The notes under the pieces: generated by a model
What the model saw: the letters and a program-made list of their open reading frames with translations, nothing else
What the model was told of the DNA's origin: nothing
Database searches by the model: none
DNA from: the human T2T-CHM13v2.0 reference genome, Homo sapiens
Reading direction: 5' to 3' (one strand)
Assembly (NCBI RefSeq): GCF_009914755.1
Contig: NC_060928.1
DNA length: 64,000 nt
Program-made: the position numbers and the translations under genes
Shown here: positions 1-12,660 of the stretch, piece after piece
Position numbering within the stretch: position 1 is the first letter of the stretch
How the letters are laid out: every line of letters begins with the position of its first letter

Positions 1-770
1 ACAAAAGCCACATTCACAGATCTTTCTTGAGATAATCCTGTCTCTATCTTAGGCTTCTGCTGAAGTGGCTGAGGGGACAATACCCTCAAGCTTTCTAAAG
101 GCCTTCTGGTTTAAGTAAAAAGAAATATGAGGCATGTTCCCACTCTCTTGAAAAGGTCCTTTCTGTGGCTGACTACTTTGATCTTTTGATCAATCTGAAA
201 TTTTAACGAAAGGTTGTAGTCATACATTCAGTCTTTCTCTATACTAGTTTTGGCAGATATTTCTGATACTTAACATTTTTGTCATCTGGAGAGGCAGAGA
301 ACTTACAAAATTATCTAGCCTGATTCCTTTTTGTTTAACAGTTCTTCCTTTAATTTATCTCTTTCCTCTCCTATTTTGCTATAAACAGCAAGAAGACAGG
401 GGTACATACTTTAACATTTTACTCAGAAATCTCCCTAGCTATGGCCAGGTTCTTTCTTTACAAATTCTGCTTTCTGTATAACTGCAGGTCACAATTTCAC
501 TAAGCTTTCTGCCACTACTTAACAAGTAACTTCCTTCCTCTGGTTTCCAATAACATGCTCCTCACTTCCTTCTGAGCCTGCACTGGGGTAACATCTTTAG
601 AGTGCAGATTATCACTAGCAGTCTGATGAAGATTTAGGCCTTATCTCAGTGATTTAGACTTTCTCTACTATGCTCCTCAGAATTTTTCTCCACTCACTTC
701 TCAGTTCCAAAACTTCCCCACCCTTTTATATCTCCATTGTACCTGCAGCCCACTTTCCAGTACCAAAACC
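1..770 (-). mobile_element. MaLR (MLT1) internal-region remnant adjoining its LTR
   Basis: Ends in cccactttccagtaccaaaacctg (~749-772), the reverse complement of the typical MaLR internal start (ttttggtac..gtggg), and runs directly into an MLT1 LTR. Confidence 0.6.
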
Positions 771-813
771 TGATTAACATAATGCCATAAATTCAACAGC
801 TTAAAACAGTATA

Positions 814-1875
814 CAGTTGACCCTTGAACAATGCCAACTTGAACTGTGTTGATTGACTGATGTAGATTTTTTCGATAAATATATTGGAAAACTTTGTGCA
901 GACTTGCGACAAGATGAAAAACTCACAGATGAACCTTGTAGCCTAAAACTATTGAAATAATTAAGAAAAAGTTAGTTATGTTATAAATACATGAAATATG
1001 TAGATCCTTGTCTATCCTAGTCTATTTTATCACTTACCACTGTAGAATATGCAAAAATCTATTGTACAAGGTTAAACTTCATCAAAACTTACACCCAAAA
1101 ATACTTACAGACTATACACAGTGCCATTCCCAGCCAAGAGAAATGTAAACAAATATAAGGAGGCAGAATTAAATTATCACTGCACATAATTAACTCTACT
1201 ATATACTACCATAATAATTTCAAAGCCACCTCCTGTTGCTGTTGTGGTGAACTTAAGTGTTGCAAGCATCCGCTAAAAATGCTGTGTGACGTTCATCATC
1301 TCTGCAAGAGCAGTTCGTCTCTCCAGTAAATTGCATATGGCAGTAAAAAGTGATTTCTTAAGGTTCCTATGTATTTTTCATTGTGTTCAGAGCACTACTG
1401 TAAACCTTGAATAACACCATGAGATGCATATGAAGGGCCACTTGTGATGTTGGAAGTGCTCCTAAAAAGCAGATGAGAGGCATAACCTTAGAAGAAAAAG
1501 TTAAATTGCTTGATATCTACCATAGATTGAGGTCTGCAGCTGCGGGTGCCGCCATTTCATATGGACCATTCATTGTGTAAACAGGCAGTCTAAACTTAAA
1601 TCATTCACAAGTACAGTCGAGTGCTATAAATGTATTTTCTCTTTCTTATGATTTTCTTAAAAACATTTTCTTTTTTAGCTTACTAAATTGTGAAAATATA
1701 GTATATAATACATATAAAACAAAAAATACTTGTTAATTGACTATGTTATCTTAAGGCATCTGGACAATGATAGGCTATTAATTGTTAAGTTTCCAGAGAG
1801 TCAAAAATTATTCCTAAATGTTCAGCTGCACAGGTGGTTAGCATCCTAACCCCTGTGTTGCTCAAGAGTCAACTG
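814..1875. mobile_element. Tigger2b-type TcMar DNA transposon (non-autonomous, 1062 bp)
   Basis: Terminal inverted repeats cagttgacccttgaacaa (814) and ttgctcaagagtcaactg (ends 1875), flanked by TA at 812-813 and 1876-1877. MLT1 sequence resumes on both sides. Confidence 0.9.
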
Positions 1876-2319
1876 TATGTTTATTATCTCCCAATATTCA
1901 TGGATTAGGACACTGAACACAGCTTAATTGTGTTGTCTGTTCAAGATCATATGTGTACAGCCAAGGTGTTGATCTCATCTGAAACTTAAGGTCCTTTTCC
2001 TAGCTCACTGGTTGCAGGCAAAATTGAGTTCTTCATGTTTGTAGGACTGAGGACTTCAGCTCCTAGAAGTTGTCCATCAATCTCTGTCACATCGCCGACT
2101 TCATACCATGGTGGTTTACATCTTCAAGACTGAGGAGAGCTTCTTTCCTACTTCTAGAGACTCTTTTAAAGGGCCCATATGATTAAATCAGATCCACCGA
2201 GGAAACTCTGCCTTTTGATTAACTTAAAATCAGTTAATCAGGGTCTTTAATTATATCTACAAAATTCTTTTAGCATTGAATTATGATGTAATCTAATAGT
2301 GGTAATGATAACCCATCAC

Positions 2320-2451
2320 ACATAGATATAGATTTAGATATTGATTAGATATAGATATATACACACATATGTGTGTATATGTGTGTACATATATAATGCA
2401 TATATGTGTATATATATACAATATATTACATATATATACGTTTGTGTGTGT
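2320..2451. repeat. (TAGA)/(TA)/(TG) low-complexity microsatellite
   Basis: Directly visible; accounts for the spurious ORF 2341-2523. Confidence 0.9.
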
Positions 2452-2605
2452 GAATGTCATGGCCACATCAAAGAGAAGGCTGTTATAAGCTGTGAATACT
2501 CCATGCTTTTACTTCAGTTGTGATATCATTATACATATCAAAATCTGGGGCTTGTATAAGTGGTGAGACTCTTGGGGATGATCTTAAAATTCTGCCTACC
2601 ACACA

Positions 2606-2762
2606 AGTTATAGAGTTGGTACCATTAACTAAAATAATGGCAAAAATAGGAAGATAAGTATATTTTCAAATGATATATTTTGGAGATAGACATGACAGAA
2701 TTCACTGTATGGATGGGACATGAGATGTGAAAGAGAAAGAAAAATCAAAGATAATGACTGGG
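2606..2762 (-). mobile_element. L2 fragment
   Basis: atattttggagatagacatgacagaa...atgagatgtgaaagagaaagaaaaatcaaagataatgact resembles antisense L2. Confidence 0.5.
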
Positions 2763-4164
2763 TAACACTACCACACACATCACTTGGATTATAACATGGT
2801 AACTAAAATTAAAAAGTCTAAATTTCTTTATAGCTTATAGATGCAATTAAATTATTTTAAATAGATGAGTGTACATTTTTACACAAAGTGACAGAACACT
2901 TGAAACAAATGTTTTATTTGCTATCTGGAAAGCAGGTATGCCATCCTAACATGCATTGTTTTCTTTTTTGTGGTTGAAATACCACCACTCCATTGCATTT
3001 TCACGCCCTTATTTTTTGCTGTTATTCTGGATTTCTCTAAATTTTAATATTATTTTAATAGTACCTATCTCTTTTCATGTAATTCATCCATGTAGGATAA
3101 CTTTACGTTTAGATCAAAGCAGTATATAAATGAATATATATACACATGCCCATATAAACATTTAAGCATGTCTTTGAATGTTTTTATAGTCTGCACTTCC
3201 TCGCCTCACCCCTTCATTTTCCAAAATCATTTATTACACTATAATAATTCTGAGCTCCAGTCATATAAAAACACAAACAGCTCACAAGCCCACCATGAAA
3301 TTTTGGTTCTTGTGCTTTATTACATAATATTTCTTCTGCCTGTAAAATGTTTGCTCCCTTCTCCCATCTTGAAAATTTCTCTTCATTATTCAGGACATAG
3401 GTCAATTACTACGTTTTAGCAGAGATTAGCTTGGTCACAACCAACTGGGAGAATTAATTCTGTTCTAACACAGTATTTTATTCAAACCTTTGAACATGGA
3501 CAAACTTCATTATATTTTATTTCTATTTGCAACAGTTTTTTCCTTAGCTAGATTATAAACCCTTAAAGTCCACGTCACTTCTTATTCTTTATGTTTTCAG
3601 AATTTAACACTTAATCTAAATAGTAGCAACTCTTAAATACTACCAGCAATGTAAATGTTTGTGTTTTATCTATGTTCAGAAGAAACATAACAGCCAATAT
3701 GAATTGGATAATAGATCTTCAATAACATTTATTTTAAATGAATGCATGGAAACAGAAATCATTTTTAGTCTCCTCATTTATGAAAATAACCTGAAAATAT
3801 CAGGAAAATGTAGTAATTATTGATTTAACACCATAGTTACTCTTAATGCAGCAGATGTCTAAACATATAAGCTAATGATAAACTGAATATTCAGATTTCC
3901 CTAAAATTTTTATTTTATTTTTATAGCTGAGTAAAGGAAAGTAAGATTAGTTAAACCAGTACTTCTGAAACCCATTTGAATATTAGAATTATTTAGAGAA
4001 TTAAAAAATATAATTCTATTAAAATATATTATAATAATATATATACATATCAATCATATATAAATTTTAAAATACGTTAAAAATTCTGTCTCTTGAAAAA
4101 TTTTTTTAAGTTTGGGTAGGACGCAGGTAGCTATAGTTTTTTTTTTCTTGTCTTGTATAGTTTT

Positions 4165-4405
4165 CTTTACATTTATCAATATTATTTTAATTTGACAGGC
4201 TATAATTTTATTTATCTGTGGGGTACTATGTGATGTTTTGATGATGTATACAATGTGAAATGATTAAATCAAGCTAATTAAGAAATCTACCACTTAAATT
4301 TTTGTGGTAAGACATTTGAAACTTTCTGAGAAATTTTGAAATGTACAATACATTATTATTAACTATCATCACCCTTTCAAAAACATATTCCTCCTGTCTA
4401 TGGGG
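4165..4405 (-). mobile_element. L1MA-type 3' end fragment
   Basis: ggggtactatgtgatgttttga...tgattaaatcaagctaatta...tacaatacattattattaactat is an antisense L1MA 3'UTR signature. Confidence 0.7.
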
Positions 4406-4953
4406 TAATGTGGAGTGAATAAGGAGATGTTGGTCATTGGCTCTTCAAAGTTTTGTAGATTAGTACTACTCATCAACTCCCATTCTTTGCAATGTTCATT
4501 ACCAGGTGTATAAAAGAATACAGAGATTCTGCTAGAAGTTAAATCACAATCAACAACGTCTGTGAAGAGACTGTTTAGTTCAGTGAACAATGTTTTTCAT
4601 TGCAAACTTTCTCACTGAAATAACATTTCAACTACTTGTAAAGTAGGTGATTGTCATGATGTGATCTATTGATGTAAACTATTATTTTTATTGTTGTTTT
4701 GACATAGGCATGAAAAAGAAAAACCAAAAGTTTATCACTAAAACCGGGATAAGCAATCTCTTCCAGGAACAATACTCTTTTCAAAATAATCTTTATTTAG
4801 GTCACTTAGTTCATTAATTTTGAAAATTAATATAGTTCTTTTTCTTCCTACAATAGGATTGCTTTATTTGTCTACACTTTTTTCCATTATGTTTCATAAT
4901 GTTTCCACCATAATAGTTCTCTTACATTCTTTATATCTTTAAAAATATCAATT

Positions 4954-5624
4954 TGCTGGAGAGGATGTGGAGAAATAGGAACACTTTTACGCTGTTGGGG
5001 GGACTGTAAACTAGTTTAACCATTGTGGAAGTCAGTGTGGCGATTCCTCAGGGATCTAGAACTAGAAATACCATTTGACCCAGCCATCCCGTTACTGGGT
5101 ATATACCCAAAGGACTATAAATCATGCTGCTATAAAGACACATGTACACGTATGTTTATTGCAGCACTATTCACAATAGCAAAGACTTGGAACCAACCCA
5201 AATGTCCAACAATGATAGACTGGATTAAGAAAATGTGGCACATATACACCATGGAATACTATGCAGCCATAAAAAATGATGAGTTCATGTCCTTTGTAGG
5301 GACATGGATGAAATTGGAAATCATCATTCTCAGTAAACTATCGCAAGGACAAAAAACCAAACACCGCATGTTCTCACTCATAGGTGGGAATTTAACAATG
5401 AGAACACATGGACACAGGAAGGGGAACATCACACTCGGGGGACTGTTGTGGGGTGGGGGGAGGGGGGAGGGCTAGCATTAGGAGATATACCTAATGCTAA
5501 ATGACGAGTTAATGGGTGCAGCACACCAGCATGGCACATGTATACGTATGTAACTAACCTGCACATTGTGCACATGTACCCTAAAACTTAAAGTATAATA
5601 ATAATAAAATAAAATAAAACTGTA
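4954..5624 (+). mobile_element. L1PA3-like 5'-truncated LINE-1 (ORF2 C-terminus, 3'UTR, polyA)
   Basis: ORF 5023-5475 matches the ORF2p C-terminus (WKSVWRFLRDLELEIPFDPAIPLLGIYPK). 3'UTR gctaaatgacgagttaatgggtgcagcacaccagc/cacattgtg. TSD aaaaatatcaatttg (4941-4955) vs aaaaaaatcaatttg (5625-5639). Confidence 0.95.
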
Positions 5625-6076
5625 AAAAAAATCAATTTGTATATAATTTTACTGAGTAATTCATTCTCTTTCAGAAGGAAATGACATGGCATATTGCAAA
5701 ACAGAAAAGTTACTGTCATAGTTTATATGACAATTAGACCATAGATATAAACCATCGATAATAAAGATACTTTTCTTCACCTTAAATAGATGTTTGTAAA
5801 AATTAAAATGGTTATAAAAGGAATATTTATAATTATTTGTACATAATAAATAAAAAATCACACTTTAGTGTCATGAAGACTTAAATGTAGCCACATTTTT
5901 CAATACTGAATAGAGTTTATTGCTTCTCTTTCTCTTATGTCATCCAAATTATTTAATTCATATACATTAAGTAATGTTCTTCTATTCTTTTGTTAACTTT
6001 TTTCTTACACTTTTCTAAAAGAATCCCATTTTCTGCTGCCTGAACCTTTTAAATACTAAATATTTAGAAGAGCTAC

Positions 6077-6827
6077 TGTGTCCGGAATTTATTTTTTCCG
6101 GTGGGTTCTTGGTCTCACTGACTTCAATGAAGCCACGCACCCTCGCAGTGAGTGTTACAGTTCTTAAAGATGGTGTGTCCGGAGTTTGTTCCTTCAGATG
6201 TTCAGACATGTCTGGAGTTTCTTCCTTCTGGCGGGTTCGTAGTCTCGCTGACTTCAGGTGTGAAGCCGCAGACCTTCTCAGTGAGTGTTACAGCTCTTGA
6301 TGGTGGCGTGTCCAGAGTTGTTTGTTCCTCCTGGTGGGTTTGTGATCTCTCTGACTTTAGGAATGAAGCTGCAGACCCTCGAAGTGAGTGTCACAGCTTA
6401 TAAAGGCAGTGCAGAACCAAAGAGTGAGCAGCAGCAAGATTTATTGTAAAGAGCGAAAGAACAAAGCTACCACAGCGTGGAAGGCAACCCAAGTGCATTG
6501 CGCTTCTGGCTTGGGTGGCCAGCTTTTATTCCCTTATTTGGCCCTGCCCACATCCTGCTGATTGGTCCATTTTACAGAGCTCTGATTGGTCCATTTTACA
6601 GAGTGCTGGTTGGTGCATTTACAATCCTTTAGCTAGACACAGAGTGCTGACTGGTGCATTTTTACAGAGTGCTGATTGGTGCACTTTTACAGAGTGCTGA
6701 TTGGTGCATTTACAATCCTTTAGCTAGACACATAGTGCTGATTTGGTGCATTTACAATCCTCTAGCTAGACAGAAAAGTTCTCCAAGTGTCCACCCAACC
6801 CAGACGTCCAGCTGGCTTCACCTCTCA
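6077..6827 (-). mobile_element. LTR12 (ERV9) solo LTR
   Basis: On the minus strand it starts tgagaggtgaagccagctgg and ends aattccggacaca. It has tandem U3 units with CCAAT and U5 repeats (gtgagtgttacag). 4-bp TSD ctac/ttac. Confidence 0.92.
6555..6770 (-). promoter_or_regulatory. LTR12 U3 tandem NF-Y (CCAAT) array
   Basis: About 7 units of gctgattggt-like sequence; perfect ATTGG at ~6561, 6585, 6675, 6700. An AATAAA/TATA-like box lies on the minus strand at ~6524-6530. Confidence 0.7.
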
Positions 6828-7094
6828 TTACAAATTGTTAATTAGTCCAGAAAGCAATTTTTAAAAAATGCATATCCAGCTTTCCTCCCAAAATTGTACC
6901 ACTATATGCCAAAAAACTAATTAGGAAATAATCAGAACACAGTTTTAATTTTCTTATAGCTTCTTTTGGAAAATGATTGGTAGACATCATTTCCATAAAA
7001 TTAGCTCTTACTAAGGTTACTGTAGCCATTCATGTTGTCCATCCCTCAAATTTTCCAGCCTTTTTTTCTTTTCATGCTGTTGGGGTTTTTTTCT

Positions 7095-7236
7095 TTATTT
7101 TTTTATCTTATTATTTGTATTAATTTACGGGTTACAAGTGCAATTTTTTTATATGTGTAGATTGCATAGTGGTGAAGTCAGGGCTTTCGAGGTGGTCATA
7201 ACCTGAATGACATACATTGTACCCATTAAGTGATTT
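7095..7236 (-). mobile_element. L1MA 3' end fragment
   Basis: gggttacaagtgcaatttt...tgcatagtggtgaagtcagggcttt...tacattgtacccattaagt. Confidence 0.75.
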
Positions 7237-7244
7237 GATCTTCC

Positions 7245-8370
7245 AGTAACATTCACCATTGTTAAACAGTCCCATTTCCTTCCAACCCTTTAGTCCCTTG
7301 CCTATAATGTCTTAACACTGATTTTATTTAATTTCTACATTTTCCGCTACTACTTCTATATCTGTTTTGCCATCTTGTCTTCTTCCATCCAGCAGCTACA
7401 TGTGGGATTTTTTTGCAATTGGGTCTCATCAATCTTTTCTTATTTAATAATCACGTGCATTCATTTACTCCTGTGGTTTCAAATATCACCTGTATATGGA
7501 TGGTCACTATATCTGTAGCCTCACAACTGCTCCAAATGCCAAGCCTGGATAGCCAAACATCTATGTAGCGAGTCAAATTACATATGTGAAAGGCTCCTCA
7601 AACAGAACTTGTTCAAAAAATAAAATTCTGATTTTCTTCTTTGGCCCACAGAATTACATCCTTTTTCTGATATTTCATCTTTCAGGGAATGTCAGTCCCA
7701 TTTGTCTAGCAGTAGAAATCTGAAACTTAAGAATCATCTTGACACCATCTGTCTTATATCAAATTAAATATAATCCAAATCCTGTCATTTTTTTTAGGTT
7801 TATTACAAATCTTGTGGTTCTCTCAACTCTAATACCAAAGTTCTTATCCTAACCATCATCATCTCTCACTTTACCAAGTGCACTATTGTGCTAGAGGGTT
7901 TCTCTACAACCATTTTTAGCCTTTTCCAATCTTCTCGCTACATTTCAAGCAGTAACAAGTTTAAAAGAAAAGCAAGCTTAGTCATGTTTAAAAAGGCTTG
8001 GCTTCCATCACTTAAGGAGATAAATCTCCTAAGTTGCTATGTAAGGCTTTGCATAGTCTGTGCATCTATCTCTCCATCTGCAACTTTGACCACTCTATCC
8101 TTTCTCTCTATGCTCCAGGCATTTTCTTTCCTTTTTATATAGTATATCTATTTCTATGACACTTTCTCTCCTAAGCCCACTCCTTTAATCTGGTTATATT
8201 CAACACTTCTTTCAGATCTCAGCTCAATCAAGGAGAGCCTTTTATGATCTATCTGACTAGACTACTGTCCTCACTACAGGGGAGAGTTAATTTTTGGTTC
8301 ACTCCTGCAGCCACAGAGTATAGAGGTGCCTGACACGTGGGAGACAGGTGATAAGCATGCGCTGTGTGAG
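7245..8370 (+). mobile_element. L2 (degraded 3' part)
   Basis: Pyrimidine-rich L2 motifs (aatatcacctgtatatggatg, gaatcatcttgac, cttctttcagatctcagctcaa), ending in gtgcctgacacgtgggag...taagcatgcgctg. Confidence 0.65.
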
Positions 8371-8904
8371 TTATCATCAGCTACGCACCTCTCCTTTGTC
8401 ACATTTATCTTAATTTTAATTGTAGTTATTTATATGATTCTTTAATAAATACCTCCCTTCCCATGTTAGACAATGAGCGCCATGTAAGTTGGAAATGCTT
8501 TGATATTTTCCACATGCACGTGATGCCCCAGCAACTCAGTGACTTGCTCAAAATAAATAATTTACAAATAATATTAAATGAAAAGTATTGGTTAAAAGAT
8601 GAAAGCATGAAATATTTTCCTAAAATTACTTATGTAGTTTCCTATATTTAGACAAGAAGCTTAAGGATCTAAGTTGACTGGAAGATTTTTATAAGGTTTT
8701 CTAATGGTTTAAAGAACGATGTTAAGTTGACTTTTACCTCAGTTGTGCAGACGCATCCATGTCTCAGCGCTCTCAAATGAAAAAGACTTTGGAGGCTTTA
8801 AAAAGGTCTAAACTACTGCTTTTATAATTTGATGAAAGAAGAAAGGTAATATTCAATGACTCCTGAGATCGTCTGTATGATCAAGAATTCAGAAGCATGC
8901 ACTA

Positions 8905-9207
8905 TTTTTACGTATTTACGTATTTTAAGAAACAGGATCTTGTTCTGTTGCCCAGGCCAGAGTGCAGTGATGGGATCACAGCTCACTGTACCCTTAAATT
9001 CCTGAGCTCACATGATCCTCCCACTTCAATCTCCTGAGTAGCTGGATCTAGAGGTGTGCACAACCATGCCAGCTATTTTTTTTTGTTTTTTGTAGAGACA
9101 GAATATTGCTATATTGTGCAAGCTGGTCTCAAACTCTTGGTCTCAAGTGATCTCCCACCTCAGGCTCCCAAAGTGCTGGGATTACAGGCATGAGTCACTA
9201 TGCCTGA
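8905..9207 (-). mobile_element. AluJ
   Basis: Dimeric Alu with J-type gatcacagctcactg and ctcaagtgatctcccac. Probable TSD gaagcatgcacta (8892) / gaagcatgtatta (9211). Confidence 0.9.
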
Positions 9208-10069
9208 AGGGAAGCATGTATTAGAATAAGAAATAAAAAAATATAAGCTTAATGAATTTGTGAGAGGGATTTCCCAGCAAATATCAAGGATTTTAATAAG
9301 CTCTCTTTTTTCATATGATGCATGGATGGATTTTTTCAGGAAAGAATGAGAAAGGAAAGGGCGGGGCGTGAGAAAGAGAAGGAAGAGATCACTCCCTGAG
9401 TATATTTGTGTAGAATTAAAACAAATGATACCTTGAATAAGTAAAAATTAATCCTAACAACCTATTGTATTATCAGGTGAGTGTAGACACTGAGAAATAT
9501 CTGATTCAATATATGTTAAAGGAAAACTGGCAGAAATCATTAAACAAATAAACCACATAGTTGCACAAGATGCTTAAAAGATGCATGGGCAAAGACAGTA
9601 AGTATTTTGGCAAAAATGTCTAGTGACTGATTTTAACCAATCTCCATGCCATTGCCAATCAATTGAAGGTAAAAATGATAAACTAAGGGTAAATAAACTT
9701 TTATTTTTCTATATTCAAGTCAGTAATTTCTTCCTATTACTTCAAGAAGAAAATTTAATTGTTTTGCGTTTACATGTAAGATCAGTTTTAATTTCTTTTC
9801 TCTCAAACAGAACTGGAAATGATATGTTTACTAATACATTCAGTAGCATGTTCTTAAAAATGCATCTGTCTGCAATAAAATAGATAATGGGTTTCTTCCA
9901 CCCTCCTGCTCCAAATTAGTGTACTTGCAGTATTGAGAGTTTAAGGCAATATCTTAGTGTCCTTACTTGACTTTGCTGCAAATCATTAGGTGAAAGATTC
10001 AAACTTTGCTTTGCAAAATAACACCATTATTTCACATAAATTCAAAGAAATATTACTTAATCATGTATT

Positions 10070-10760
10070 ATTTATTCATTTAATTATTTATTTTCAAATA
10101 AATATGTATTAAGCAACTATCTTGTGTTAGAGTTAGTCACTAACTCTAGTGAAGTGAAGCTGAAAATAAGAGTACCAAAACAAGTGGTGTTAAAGGTATG
10201 ATGAACTGATCTTTGGGTTAGAAGTGGTTATCGAATGTTGGAGACAAGTAGGACTTAAAGATTTTTAAGTTGAGCATCTGCATGGGCAGGCAATGTGTCT
10301 AACAGTATGGAGAGTATAGATGAATAATGATGAGACTGGACATGGCATAAATTCTAAGGCCATCTAGGACAAGATGCTCAGGATGCCATAGGTTGCACAC
10401 ATCTGGAAACCACAGATACTGACTTATGAGACAGCAAGAGGTATTTAAGAAATCTATGTAGGATAGTGTTTAAAGAAAATGAGATCAAGTACTGCTACAA
10501 AAATATCAACTAAGCCAAAGACTTAAAATAATCACTGGGTTTAACAATTTTGAGGTAATGACTTTTGCCAGTAACTTTGACCCAATGATGCACATTTTTT
10601 GAGTCATAAAGTGTGGAGGCAATGAGGTGATGTAAGAGTGAGATAATTATGGATACAACACATTTGGTCAGATTTCCCAAAGTCATTGACCATTTGAAGG
10701 GGCTAAGATATGCAAGTAGGGAAAAATGAGATATGCAAACCAATGACGGAAGTCTAAAAT
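10070..10760 (-). mobile_element. L2 3' fragment
   Basis: tttattcatt...aaataaatatgtattaagcaactatcttgtgttag is the antisense L2 3' end. Confidence 0.5.
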
Positions 10761-10853
10761 ACAATAGGAGTAAAACAATTGAAAATATAGGTAGAAGGAG
10801 GAAAAGGAAGCATTTTATTCTCTAGTGTAAGCAAAGTTCCAGCAGTTCATAAG

Positions 10854-10855
<2 letters not shown>

Positions 10856-10895
<40 letters not shown>
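10856..10895. repeat. (GT)20 microsatellite
   Basis: Perfect dinucleotide run. Confidence 0.98.
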
Positions 10896-10896
<1 letters not shown>

Positions 10897-11034
10897 TTTG
10901 GAAATGAATGGAATAAAACAGTGCTCTTAGCTAACACAGTTTCCACTGAGGATAAATATGAACTGAACATTCAGTTAGGCAATTCTGTTCCTTTGAGTAT
11001 ATATTTTTAGCTAATTCTTCATATTACTGTTCGT

Positions 11035-11250
11035 ACAGTGTAGCATACTCATTATATTCACAGATTCTGGAACCTGGCTTGTCTTAACTATTTATCCGCT
11101 GTGTGAATGTCAGGAGGATATTTAACCTCTCTGAGAGGCTGTTTTCTTATCTGAGAAACAGCTATAGTTGCAGTACATTTTCTGTAATGTTTTTAGAGAT
11201 AAATTGAGATAGTTTAAGTGTTTGGCACGCAGCAAATATTAATAATTTAA
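11035..11250 (+). mobile_element. MIR
   Basis: Core gctgtgtga...tttaacctctctgag...ttttcttatctg, ending tttggcacgcagcaaata. Confidence 0.7.
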
Positions 11251-11534
11251 AAATTAGTGTTTTAAACTCTATTAAACCTACTTGTGGGTTTTGTTGTTTT
11301 TTATTTGGTCACTATTTTCTCAAGAGCAGTTTTTGGGTGTCTGAGGTAACATCTAAACACTTGATTTTTTTTGAAAATTCTTTAAATAATTTGGATGCAT
11401 ATGCAAGGCTGTAAATGACTATACCAGTTATACTCATCCTGGTTGGATATGTGGCTAGTTGGTTAGTTTAGCACAGGTCCTCTCCCTTGCCTTGTGTGTT
11501 AAGGAACAATGGGCAGGCAGCCCCTGTCTATCTA

Positions 11535-11790
11535 CCAGTCGTAACGTGCCAAGCACATATGAGATGTTTTTCAGACTGTATCTCACTTAATTCTAAGAAC
11601 AAATCTATCATAAATTCTGTTATTTCTATTTTACACGCGAGGAAGCTAAGGCTTTGAGAAATGAAATAATTTCATAAGCTTAAATTTTACCTTAGCATCT
11701 TATTAGGATACTAATTTAAGTGAGACTAAATTATTTCATAAGTAACAGATAAATTTCAAGTTGCCACAACTTCCATTGCAATATGCTGCC
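11535..11790 (-). mobile_element. MIR, interrupted by an imperfect palindrome
   Basis: tctcacttaattct...tctattttacacgcgaggaagctaaggctttgagaa is the antisense MIR core. Confidence 0.65.
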
Positions 11791-12529
11791 TCCTTTAACA
11801 ATTCTTTTAGTTTTATGTGAATGGATAAGAGGAAAATAAGAAAAGAATATTGCAAGACTTCTCTGGCAATTCATATTTTACTTGGCATGAGGATAAAGAG
11901 ACAACTGACTTGCGAGATTTGTCAAAGGTAGGCAAGGTCTTCTTAATGAGGTGTCAATCTTTCTAAAGGACTATAACACACTAATATGTAAAGGTGTTTT
12001 GCCACTATGATATGCCTTTGACGAAATTATGACATTTATTATGGAGAAACAATGCTCTCTGGTGTCTACCGTCAAGGGTTTCCTTCAGTTGTTTAATTTG
12101 GAACTGCCACATCACAAGCAAGTTATACAAACAACTCTTTGTGTGGAGGTCATTATATTGTCTCAGATATGCTAGGATTTAAGTAGACTGGCAGGACAAT
12201 TCACAGAGACAAATTCACAAAATGTAGTCTTTTTCTTTCTTAAGGTATTCTGAAAAATTATCATGAAATTATGCAATCAAAAGCCAACTTACTTTAAACT
12301 CCAAAAAAGTGTCATCCTTGCAGTTACCTACATGGAACATGTTTCAGCTAACTTAAGCCCCCTCATAAACATTCTGTAACTAAATAAATATAATGACTTT
12401 TATAGGCACAATTTACACTCAGTGTCCTCATTATTCCTGACATTCTAACAAATTTAGTTGTTTTAATGTAGTAAGTATAAGCAGTATTTAGAAGCATTTA
12501 GAAGTATTAAACTCACATAATACATTTAT

Positions 12530-12660
12530 CAAAAGTATAAAGCGATGCTTTAAGGTGCTAAGATTAGCAACTTAAAAACAACACGCCAACCTAAACATTC
12601 AGTAGGCATTGCCTTTCAAAGTAGTTACTTTTAGAAAATGCATTATTTTTATTATCTTGC
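12530..12660. mobile_element. possible MARNA/mariner fragment
   Basis: ttgcctttcaaagtagttacttt resembles a MARNA motif; weak match. Confidence 0.3.

Larger units (their letters stand above)
771..2603 (-). mobile_element. MLT1E-like ERVL-MaLR LTR, split by Tigger2b and an AT-rich microsatellite
   Basis: Motifs cagcttaaaaca...tttattatctc, ttttgattaacttaaaatcagttaatcagggtctttaattatatctacaaaa, and terminus ggggatgatcttaaaattctgcctaccaca (2603). Confidence 0.75.

Noticed and set aside
5023-5475. 150-aa ORF, one of the longest in the track
   Set aside because: It is the C-terminus of L1 ORF2p running into the 3'UTR of a truncated L1PA3, not a gene.
5596-5630. ctgt interruption in the L1PA3 tail as a possible 3' transduction
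   Set aside because: Four bases are too few to distinguish from tail decay.
6555-6770. Regularly spaced repeats resembling a CRISPR-like array
   Set aside because: These are LTR12 U3 enhancer repeats without unique spacers, in eukaryotic DNA with no cas genes.
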